Shown: positions 36,197-44,008 of the stretch, piece by piece
Position numbering within the stretch: position 1 is the stretch's first letter
Layout of the letters: each line of letters begins with the position of its first letter
Assembly (NCBI GenBank): GCA_040754655.1
Contig: JBFMCE010000021.1
Location: forward strand, 1 to 44,008
Reading direction: 5' to 3'
DNA length: 44,008 nucleotides
DNA from: Bdellovibrionota bacterium
GTDB lineage: Bacteria > Bdellovibrionota > UBA1018 > UBA923
Translations under genes and position numbers: made by a program
Notes under the pieces: generated by a model
Seen by the model: only the letters and a program-made list of their open reading frames with translations
What the model was told of the DNA's origin: nothing
Database searches by the model: none

Positions 36197-37045
36197 ATGA
36201 GTTTGAATCAAGATCGCTTTTCGCGACCCTTTAGTTTCGCTATCCTTGTATTATGCGTGTTTACGCTTGCGGCTGCGCATGGCTGCGCGCCAAGGAATAT
36301 GGGCTCAGCTAACCCCCACCAAAAACGCGAAGATCAGGTGCGGACAAGGCTTCTCTCAATTGAAGTCAGCCCAGAACATTCGATTGCAAGCGAGTCTTCA
36401 AGGACCTGCAATCCAGACGAGGCTGCAAAGATGCTTGATCTTGAGATCGAACCCAGCGTGAAAGAAAGCGCAAAGTGGTTTGCAAGTTGCGGTGAGCTTT
36501 ATGCCTGTAGCCCTAGTGCGATGGGTTTCCTCAAGCGCGCTGCGCTCAGTCCCCGGGGCACGTCTTTGAGAATTGGTTTTGCAGACATGCAGGCGCTTGA
36601 TTTTTCTGATGTGCAGAACAGTTCGACTGTTCAGCAAGCGCAAGACTATCTGGGTGGCTTCTATCTGAGCGGCACGAATCACATTTATCTCGATACGGTG
36701 ATGAAGACGCCAAGACAACTTTGTGCGATGCTTTTGCATGAGATGGTGCATCGTTTCAACCCGCAAAACTATGACGGTGATACCAGTGCTGTTTCAGAGT
36801 TCGAGGCTTATTGGGTTCAATTCGCTTTTAGCCAAGAGCTTGCCTTAGATAAGACCAAGCTGGGAGAGCAAGTGAGGTCTAAGACAAGCGTCGAATCAAC
36901 GACGGTATCTTTAGGTATTTTGCAATATGACCGTTCTATCATTGCCGAATTGATCAACAGGTACTACGGCTCGATTTCAAAAGAAGAAGTCGAGAGTTTT
37001 CCCAAGCTCCCTGCTGAAAACGAAGGCTCCAAAGCAGATAAATAG
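36197..37045 (+). CDS. Lipoprotein, putative zincin metallopeptidase
   Basis: Lipobox-like 'AHGC', 'GGFY......IYLD', HExxH 'HEMVH' (36737-36751) and downstream 'EFEAY'. Confidence 0.72.
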   Translation: MSLNQDRFSRPFSFAILVLCVFTLAAAHGCAPRNMGSANPHQKREDQVRTRLLSIEVSPEHSIASESSRTCNPDEAAKMLDLEIEPSVKESAKWFASCGELYACSPSAMGFLKRAALSPRGTSLRIGFADMQALDFSDVQNSSTVQQAQDYLGGFYLSGTNHIYLDTVMKTPRQLCAMLLHEMVHRFNPQNYDGDTSAVSEFEAYWVQFAFSQELALDKTKLGEQVRSKTSVESTTVSLGILQYDRSIIAELINRYYGSISKEEVESFPKLPAENEGSKADK

Positions 37046-37135
37046 AACTTAATCCCTTTTTGTTATCGCAAGCCCCAAAAGCAGACAAATTTCTTGACCT
37101 AAATGGTTATTTATTGATAGTCGGCGTCAATAACT

Positions 37136-38425
37136 ATGGTTTACCAGAAGACTTTCAAGAGGGCTTGTATCGGTTGGGCAACGTTATGTTTTGTCTTGGT
37201 TTTTAGCCATGTTCCGTCACCGAGCTGGGCAGCAGACCCCAAAGACAAACAGCTTCAACCTCCGCTAGTGACCTCTCTTGTCATTCCAGAAAAAGACCAA
37301 GAGATTTTATTCGATTCAAAAACCATGGAGCTGGTTCGAAAAGGCGGTTACGCGCTGCCGGCAAAGCCGTCAAAAGACGAAATGCAATCGATGATTGAAA
37401 GAGTGGTGAGCAAGTTTGATTCAAAAAACTTGACTCTAACCTCTGAGCAAGAGGCAGTAGCCTATCAGGCGTTTAGAGCCTTTCGCGACTTTAACGCCCG
37501 GGTTGATTGGGGTCTTTATCATATGCCCACGACAGGAATTCCGGCGGGAGTTGTGGGGTTGATTTCGAGTCTCTTGGGTCTAGAGCATGAGCTCGTATCT
37601 TCATTGACCATTGGCGCCGGTGCCGTCGGTGGTGCGGTGGGAAGATTCTTATACAAGCGTGCCATTACAAACGGCGTGAGTGAGTTGTCTCACGCACTTG
37701 AAAACGAGGGTATTTCTGTAGAAGAACTGGTGCGCTTTAATGCAGATGCGTTTGCTAAGTTTCTTTGGTTTTCGCAGATGAAAATGACTCATCAAACCAG
37801 TATTCGCTACTTTGCTGATCAATTGAAGTATTTGGAAATGATCAAAAAAGGAGAAAAGGGAACTTTCCTTCTAGAACCAGATCAGGCTTTTACCGAGCTT
37901 GTCGAGGCGAAATACCGCTTCATAGCCGACATGAAGAAGATCAGCTCTGAGCTTGGCGAGATGAATCTTGCAGCTTTAAACGAGGCCTATCAAAGAGAGT
38001 GGAATGAAGAACCTCCGCTTGATTTGATCGAATCTGATGCGAGAGAAAAATCAACCAAGGCCAATCTCTATCGAACGACGCAGATCTTGAATAACTTCGG
38101 CATTCAAGCTTTTGACCCGCGGCTTGTGGATCTTCTTCGGTTTGTTGAAAAAGCCAAAGCCGAATACAAGATTGATGTGAATATAGAGCATGTCGCAGGA
38201 CACACTTGGAAACTCTATGGTGAGCTTACCGCTATTGGAAGCTTCGGTAAGCTGCAAGAAAAAGCGGTCGTGTTTTTTCACGACTATTACGGGCATACCC
38301 GAGATGGCAAGATGACTTCATCCGAGATCATCAATGATTTTCAACGCGAACTGGGAACCGCAGCCGAGAAGCTTCTGCATTCAATGAAAACTCACCAAAA
38401 GTGCACTGGCTTATTAGAAAAATGA
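37136..38425 (+). CDS. Hypothetical exported protein with Gly-rich hydrophobic hairpin, 429 aa
   Basis: Signal peptide ending 'SPSWA'. Hydrophobic segments 'GIPAGVVGLISSLLG' and 'LTIGAGAVGGAVG'. Confidence 0.8.
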   Translation: MVYQKTFKRACIGWATLCFVLVFSHVPSPSWAADPKDKQLQPPLVTSLVIPEKDQEILFDSKTMELVRKGGYALPAKPSKDEMQSMIERVVSKFDSKNLTLTSEQEAVAYQAFRAFRDFNARVDWGLYHMPTTGIPAGVVGLISSLLGLEHELVSSLTIGAGAVGGAVGRFLYKRAITNGVSELSHALENEGISVEELVRFNADAFAKFLWFSQMKMTHQTSIRYFADQLKYLEMIKKGEKGTFLLEPDQAFTELVEAKYRFIADMKKISSELGEMNLAALNEAYQREWNEEPPLDLIESDAREKSTKANLYRTTQILNNFGIQAFDPRLVDLLRFVEKAKAEYKIDVNIEHVAGHTWKLYGELTAIGSFGKLQEKAVVFFHDYYGHTRDGKMTSSEIINDFQRELGTAAEKLLHSMKTHQKCTGLLEK

Positions 38426-40044
38426 AGCAGAGAACTTTTAAACTCAGGAGAATTTTTTGCGGTCTCAATGCGGTTGCTTGTGCACTGTTGTTCGTGGGGC
38501 ATGCGCTTGAATCAGATGCTTTTGCCCATACCGGCGGACGGCAGGTTCGTCATTCGAACGAGCAAACCGCGGCTAGCTTCGTTCGTGTGCTGACCGAGCG
38601 GTCTACCGCTGAAAATTTCGAGCGAGAGTGGCGAGAGTACAAGGCATGGAAAATAATAGAACCTCCTCAAGACAGATCAGGGGCAATATGGGACCTTCTT
38701 TCTCACTCTAACAGGCAAGTGTATATCGATAGGCTAGCCGCTTCACCGAAGACAGCTGATCGTCTGCTTGCATACGAACTGAGTCAGAGATTTTTCCAAA
38801 GTTTTATCAGCGAAGTCCATGATGGTTTTGGTTCTTCGAGAGAATTCTTCATTGCACACGCCAGAAAAATTGATCATGAGAGATCATATATAGAGGAGTA
38901 TAAAGAAACTTTGTATCGCCTGCCTGATTCTGGACATTTCAGTAGGAAGGCCGCGTTGACGCCAGTCAACTTTCAACGCCTTGCAGGTAAAGATGCGCCT
39001 GAGTCGCGTGTTGAAGCATTAAAGATGGGAGTCTTGATCGTATCTCCCATGATCGCGCCTTCTGGAGCAATGGCTAGTTTGCCTGCTCTCATGAGAGCAG
39101 TTGGAACGTTTCCGATCTATCAAGAAGCAGCTGCAAGGCTCGCACTTCTAGTTCAAGAAAAGGTGAATGATGCCCGTGAAGGCCGGCGCGTACACGGAAG
39201 TCTTTTTGAAGATACGGTTTCTTCATTCATTCAATCAGGCGACACCCTCTCAGAGGCGATCGAACACTCGTTCAGGCTCTTGGGTTTCTATGGCTCTCGA
39301 GGAGTAGCCTTTATCATGTTCTTCGATAGGCCTTGGAAAGCAAGCTCTATTGTTAAACCTTATAATCTACCGCTTTTCACCGCGGTCGGCACCATCGCGG
39401 CTGCTCTTCCGTACCTCGACGCAGTCACGCGCTCTAACGGGCATCCTTATAGTCTGCCCATTGAAATCACGAGCTCTGCTGATTACACACGGCCTTATCA
39501 TTTTTGGTATGCGGCAGAGCTTGCAAGAGAAATCGCGGCAAAAGGTTTTAGCCCAGAAGATGCTTTAGAGGCGGTTCAAAGGCTGGGGTTCGCTTATGAG
39601 ATGTTCGCCGACGTCGCAACCAATCATCCCAAACACCTGAAGTCTGATCCCAACTATCATTACAATATCGAAACCAAGGCCGATGTTTTCTTTAACGGAC
39701 TTGGGGCTGCCTGGGGCCTCAAGATGTTAAATCCTGAAGCAAAACGCACGGTGATCGATGCCGATCGCCAACTGGCCGAGATCTTAAAGGCTTGGGATAA
39801 GCCAGAGTACAAGAGCTTTGATGAGATCGTAGACCTCAAAGTGAGCAAGTGGGCTAAGATTTTTTTACTGCCACTCGCGAGGAAAGGGCTAGCTTGGGCA
39901 AACAGGGTTCATCCGTTGACCCATCTTCCGGAGTGGAAGAATTACCTGGATGTTGATCTTCCTCGAGCACCTGAATTGCAAGTCAACGAGAGCTCACGTC
40001 TTGTTTGCGCCAAGAGTCTCTTGAAAACAGGTCAATTAAAATAA
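38422..40044 (+). CDS. Hypothetical secreted protein, 540 aa
   Basis: ATG 38422 overlaps the previous stop (ATGA). Signal peptide ending 'DAFA'. Motif 'RPYHFWYAAELA...GFAYE...D'. Confidence 0.8.
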   Translation: MKQRTFKLRRIFCGLNAVACALLFVGHALESDAFAHTGGRQVRHSNEQTAASFVRVLTERSTAENFEREWREYKAWKIIEPPQDRSGAIWDLLSHSNRQVYIDRLAASPKTADRLLAYELSQRFFQSFISEVHDGFGSSREFFIAHARKIDHERSYIEEYKETLYRLPDSGHFSRKAALTPVNFQRLAGKDAPESRVEALKMGVLIVSPMIAPSGAMASLPALMRAVGTFPIYQEAAARLALLVQEKVNDAREGRRVHGSLFEDTVSSFIQSGDTLSEAIEHSFRLLGFYGSRGVAFIMFFDRPWKASSIVKPYNLPLFTAVGTIAAALPYLDAVTRSNGHPYSLPIEITSSADYTRPYHFWYAAELAREIAAKGFSPEDALEAVQRLGFAYEMFADVATNHPKHLKSDPNYHYNIETKADVFFNGLGAAWGLKMLNPEAKRTVIDADRQLAEILKAWDKPEYKSFDEIVDLKVSKWAKIFLLPLARKGLAWANRVHPLTHLPEWKNYLDVDLPRAPELQVNESSRLVCAKSLLKTGQLK

Positions 40045-40074
40045 TTGGCTTTAGTAATGAGGTCGATCGTCAAA

Positions 40075-42075
40075 TTAAACCGTCGACTGATCAACAAGTT
40101 CTGCGACGTCGACGACTTTCACCTTTTCAACCATATCTTTTGACTTCACGCCGTCACTCATCATGGTCATGCAGAACGGGCAGTTCGCGGCGATCACGCT
40201 GGCGTTGGTAGCGAGTGCTTGTTCAGTGCGTTTGATGTTCACTCTTGTGCCGATGTGCTCTTCCATCCACATGCGTCCGCCGCCTGCGCCGCAACACATC
40301 GCGTTTGCCGCGTTCTTTTCCATCTCTTGAACCTTTGCCATCGGGAGCGCATCTAAAATGGTTCGAGGCGCTTGGTATTCATTGTTCCAACGGCCAATAT
40401 AACAAGAGTCATGGTAAGTGATCTTCTGATCAACGCCTTTGGTGGGTTTTAGCCTTCCTTCTTTGATCAGCTGGGCGATCAATTGCGTGTGGTGGATGAC
40501 TTCATAAGTGCCGCCGAAGTCTTTCCACTCATTCTTGATGGCATTGAAGCAATGCGGGCAAGCGGTGACTACTTTTTTCACGCCATAGTTATTCAGAGTG
40601 TTGACGTTTTCTTGGATCAAAGTCTGCGCAAGGTACTCGTTGCCCATGCGGCGCACGGGGTCGCCCGTGCATTTTTCTTCTTTGCCAAGGATGGCGAACT
40701 TGATGCCTGCTTTGCGCAATACGCTCACAAGAGCTCGCGAGACCTTTTTATTGCGGTCATCAAACGAACCAGCGCAACCCACCCAAAACAGGTATTCAAC
40801 CGGTTCTCCGCTTGAAGCGACTTGAGCCATGGTTTTGACTTGCAGGTCTTCAGCCCACTTGTCGCGGTCATCAGGACTCATCGCCCAGGGGCTGAAGTTA
40901 TTCTCAACGTTCTTGAATACAGTCTGAAGCTCAGGCGGGAATCTGCTCTCCATAAGCACCATATTGCGCCTGATTTCATAGATCTTATTGGTCTGTTCGA
41001 TGAACACAGGGCAAGCGGTTTCGCACGCTCTGCAAGAGGTGCAAGACCAGATCACGTCATCAGTGATCTTGGTGCCTAGAACCGGACCCACTTCCTCTTT
41101 TTTGCCAGCAAGCAGGGCTTCTTTATGAGTATAAAGCAGGTCTTTGAGGTCAAGCACTAGGGCTTTTGGTGAAAGAGGTTTTTGAGTGTTGTGCGCAGGA
41201 CAGGCGTCTTGGCAACGTCCGCACTCGGTGCAGGCGTAAAGATCAAGGGTGTCTTTCCATGACAGATCTGACACCTTAGCTACGCCAAAACTTGTGACGT
41301 TCTCGCCCTCGAGGTTCACCTTGTTCATTCCCTTGGGCACATCCAGGTGGCGCAAAACGGTATTGGGGCCCGCGGTCAAGACGTGCAGGTGTTTGCTTGA
41401 CGGGATGTAGCACAAGAACCCAAGCACTACGGAATGGTGTATCCATCGAAACACCGATGAAATGGTTGCCGCCGTCTCAGGTGAGATGGCTAAAGGCTCT
41501 AACAACTGGCTTACAAATCCCGAAAAGAACTCAAGATGATCGTACCACTGCGGCTCTGCGATCATGTGGAAGGCTCGCATGCCGATCAGCGAAAGCATCA
41601 GCGAAGAGGTCAATGTCAGAATCAAGATTGCGTCTTTCGATTTTCCAAGGCCTTCCGGGCGCACGACGAGGCGGCGGTAAAACGCATAGGCCACTCCCAT
41701 CAGCACAAAGAGCGTAAAAGCATCTTGAACCGCGATAAGCGCCCCGTAAAGAGTGCTTCCAATCAAGGGTTCCCATGTAAAACCAGGAAAGATCTCGTAG
41801 ATAAAAAGCTCTACCGTTTCGACGGTGATGATCAAAAAGCCCCAGAAGATCGCGGCATGCATGAGGCCGGCGCTTTTCTTCCGCAGAACAGCTTTCTGTC
41901 CTAAGACGTTCGAGAAGAATGTCGTGATGCGCTCAGGCACGCGGTCAAAGTAAGTGGCATCCCAGGTCGGTCCGCTGGTCGCCCTTGCGAGTCGATAGAG
42001 AACCGTCATCCGGTACGCGAAGTAGGCGTTTGCTGCCAAAAAGAGCGCAAGAAAGAGAAAGGATAAAGCTGTCAA
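40075..42075 (-). CDS. FadF/HdrD-like membrane Fe-S oxidoreductase (ETF:quinone oxidoreductase-type)
   Basis: TTG 42075 after AAGGAGG. N-terminal TM helices with His ('GLMHAAIFWG', 'SKHLH'), 'CTECGRCQDACP', 'CTSCRACETACP', and CCG-type domains ('TACPHC', 'YHDSC', 'CCGAGGG'). Confidence 0.92.
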   Translation of the reverse strand: MTALSFLFLALFLAANAYFAYRMTVLYRLARATSGPTWDATYFDRVPERITTFFSNVLGQKAVLRKKSAGLMHAAIFWGFLIITVETVELFIYEIFPGFTWEPLIGSTLYGALIAVQDAFTLFVLMGVAYAFYRRLVVRPEGLGKSKDAILILTLTSSLMLSLIGMRAFHMIAEPQWYDHLEFFSGFVSQLLEPLAISPETAATISSVFRWIHHSVVLGFLCYIPSSKHLHVLTAGPNTVLRHLDVPKGMNKVNLEGENVTSFGVAKVSDLSWKDTLDLYACTECGRCQDACPAHNTQKPLSPKALVLDLKDLLYTHKEALLAGKKEEVGPVLGTKITDDVIWSCTSCRACETACPVFIEQTNKIYEIRRNMVLMESRFPPELQTVFKNVENNFSPWAMSPDDRDKWAEDLQVKTMAQVASSGEPVEYLFWVGCAGSFDDRNKKVSRALVSVLRKAGIKFAILGKEEKCTGDPVRRMGNEYLAQTLIQENVNTLNNYGVKKVVTACPHCFNAIKNEWKDFGGTYEVIHHTQLIAQLIKEGRLKPTKGVDQKITYHDSCYIGRWNNEYQAPRTILDALPMAKVQEMEKNAANAMCCGAGGGRMWMEEHIGTRVNIKRTEQALATNASVIAANCPFCMTMMSDGVKSKDMVEKVKVVDVAELVDQSTV

Positions 42076-42204
42076 GGCTGCCTCCTTAAGGTCCACACAG
42101 ACCTGTATGCATTGCAAATCCGGCTAGCCCTTGCGCGAGCGACAAGGCGTAGAACCAAAAGATTGTTCTGACCACAGTTCATCTTGCTCAAACGGAAGCA
42201 AGAT

Positions 42205-43179
42205 TCAGTGTTCGCCGAGGGCCTTTTTAAATTCTTCTGTAAGTAATGGTACCACTTCGAAGAGATCGCCTACAATCCCATAGTCTGCAACCTGAAAAAT
42301 TGGCGCCTCAGGGTCTTTATTGATGGCGACGATGACCTTTGAGGTTCTCATCCCCGCAAGGTGTTGAATCGCTCCTGAGATGCCGCAAGCGATATAAAGA
42401 GTAGGGCTGACTACCTTGCCTGTTTGTCCGACTTGATAAGAATGAGGTCGATAACCTGCATCCACTGCTGCACGTGAAGCGCCTACTGCGGCGTTGGGCA
42501 ACACCTCGGCAAGTTTTTCTAAAAGTGCGAAGTTCTCGCTGTTTTTCATGGCCCGGCCGCCCGAGACCACTATATTCGCCTCGGTCACATCGAGCTTTGC
42601 GGTAGCGCCACGAACCACGTCTTTGACCGCCATCTTCAATGCACCTGTATCCAAGGGCAAGTTTGTCACTGCAGCGTCTGCCCCGGTTTGCAAAGGCGCT
42701 ATCGAGAGAGCATTCGGGCGAACGGTAGCGAAGTACGGGGCGCTGCCGACGAACTCGACATCCGCAAGCGCTTTGCCAGCATAAATAGGGCGGGTGACTT
42801 TGAGTTTGTCTCCTTCGATCGAGACTTTCGTGCAATCGCTGGCTAAACCGACCCCAAGAGTCGCGGCGATGCGTGGAGCAAGGTCTTTGCCTTGCGCGGT
42901 TGCACCAATCAGAATGAAGGTTGGATTCGCGGCTTTCACTGCATTCACAAAAAGCTTGCCGTAGGCTTCATTTGAATAAAACTTCACCGCGTCGCCTTGC
43001 GCCAAAAAAACTCTTTTGGCCCCCATGGCCGAGAGTTCTTTCGCAAGAGCGTCCACTCCTGAGCCCGCGAGAAACACCGCAGGTTCAGCGCCTGCTTTGG
43101 CGGCCGAAGCAATGAGCTCATGGGTGACTTTCTTGATCTTTCCGTCTTTGTGTTCAGCGTAAATAAGTGCAGTTGCCAT
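42205..43179 (-). CDS. etfA: Electron transfer flavoprotein alpha subunit
   Basis: 'VVSGGR', 'GASRAAVDAG', 'QVGQTGKVVSP.LYIACGISGAIQHLAGM', 'AINKDPEAPIF'. Confidence 0.97.
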   Translation of the reverse strand: MATALIYAEHKDGKIKKVTHELIASAAKAGAEPAVFLAGSGVDALAKELSAMGAKRVFLAQGDAVKFYSNEAYGKLFVNAVKAANPTFILIGATAQGKDLAPRIAATLGVGLASDCTKVSIEGDKLKVTRPIYAGKALADVEFVGSAPYFATVRPNALSIAPLQTGADAAVTNLPLDTGALKMAVKDVVRGATAKLDVTEANIVVSGGRAMKNSENFALLEKLAEVLPNAAVGASRAAVDAGYRPHSYQVGQTGKVVSPTLYIACGISGAIQHLAGMRTSKVIVAINKDPEAPIFQVADYGIVGDLFEVVPLLTEEFKKALGEH

Positions 43180-43214
43180 GTTTAAAGTGTCTCCTTGGAG
43201 CAGCGTCTCGAGAG

Positions 43215-43988
43215 TTAAAGAACTTTAGCTTCTTCGCGGAGCGAGCGAACAAGCTCTTTTGCTTGCGCCGCAGAATCACCAGAAATCTTTTTGCCGGATT
43301 GTTTTGCTGGTGGAAGTTGCATATTCACTAATCGAATTTTCCTGTCGCCATCGGATACGCCAACATCGGCCATCTTGTACTGTTTGATCTCTTTCTTCTT
43401 GGCCTTCATGATGTTGGGAAGCGAGGCGAACCGGGGTTCATTCAAACCTTTTTGCGCAGCGATCAAGCAGGGCAGGGGAAGTTCAAGGAGTTCCACCGTG
43501 CCACCCTCCGTCTCGCGTTTCGTGGTCACGCTTGTCGCGCCGTATTCCGCGTTCAAGACGACCGTGGCATAGGGAATTTCAAGAAAAGTGGCCAGAAGCT
43601 GGCTGACTTGAGCGCAGTCATCATCGATTGCCTGCTTCCCCGTGAATACGATATCAGCCTTCGTTTCCTTCTTCAAAACCCCTGCCAATGCCTTGGCGGC
43701 CTGGAAACTGTCGATGTCTTCAGGTGCTTCAACCCAGATGGCATTGTCACATCCCATCGCGAGAGCGGTTCGAATGGTTTCAGTGACGCGTTGAGGGCCG
43801 GCGCTTACTACCGTCACAGTGCTGCCAGCATTCTTTTCTTTAAGGCGCAGGGCTTCTTCGACGGCGAATTCATCGTAAGGGCTCATGATCCACTTTACCC
43901 CAGTGGTATCGATTCCCGTTCCATTCGCGTTGATCTTGATTTTTGTTTCGGTAGCAGGAACTTGTTTAATGCAAACGTAGATGTTCAA
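43215..43988 (-). CDS. etfB: Electron transfer flavoprotein beta subunit
   Basis: TTG start after GAGGAG. 'VCIKQVP', 'PYDEFAVEEALRLKE', 'ALAMG', 'GKQAIDDD', 'NEPR'. Confidence 0.97.
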   Translation of the reverse strand: MNIYVCIKQVPATETKIKINANGTGIDTTGVKWIMSPYDEFAVEEALRLKEKNAGSTVTVVSAGPQRVTETIRTALAMGCDNAIWVEAPEDIDSFQAAKALAGVLKKETKADIVFTGKQAIDDDCAQVSQLLATFLEIPYATVVLNAEYGATSVTTKRETEGGTVELLELPLPCLIAAQKGLNEPRFASLPNIMKAKKKEIKQYKMADVGVSDGDRKIRLVNMQLPPAKQSGKKISGDSAAQAKELVRSLREEAKVL

Positions 43989-44008
43989 GGTCGGCTCCTC
44001 TTCAATGA

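Noticed and set aside
1..44008. tRNA/rRNA genes, transposases, integrases, prophage or defence genes
   Set aside because: None recognisable by eye in the window.

Overview
A ~50% GC bacterial chromosomal segment whose gene order and orphan secreted proteins suggest a Bdellovibrionota/deltaproteobacteria-like organism (inference). Left to right: (1) flagellar block flgA-flgH-flgI-flgJ(rod-binding only)-flgM-flgN-flgK-flgL-csrA-fliW, with a 128-bp palindromic MITE/REP-like element between flgI and flgJ; (2) a minus-strand TPR/SH3-bamD-TPR-gcvP operon; (3) an AST-like operon (class-III aminotransferase, M20 deacylase, astA, astD) without astB/astE; (4) a cold-shock gene; (5) amino-acid catabolism: Leu/Val/Phe dehydrogenase, kdd, B12-dependent lysine 5,6-aminomutase kamDE, a MoxR AAA+/VWA pair, kce, ilvA; (6) a FadF-like Fe-S membrane protein and etfAB. 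There are three main discoveries. First, the AAA+ gene coupled to kamE ends in an A9 slippery run (28455-28463), and the -1 frame opens 3 nt before this run and continues without a stop into the VWA gene. This is a candidate recoded gene giving both a ~306-aa AAA+ and a ~622-aa AAA-VWA fusion, possibly a chaperone or reactivase for the B12 aminomutase. Second, six orphan secreted or lipoprotein genes are each preceded by a correctly spaced sigma54 -24/-12 motif, forming a candidate secreted-effector regulon with CsrA-type sites. Third, one of these genes encodes a secreted thioredoxin fused to a caspase-like His/Cys protease domain. All assignments come from motif reading by eye; no database searches were run.
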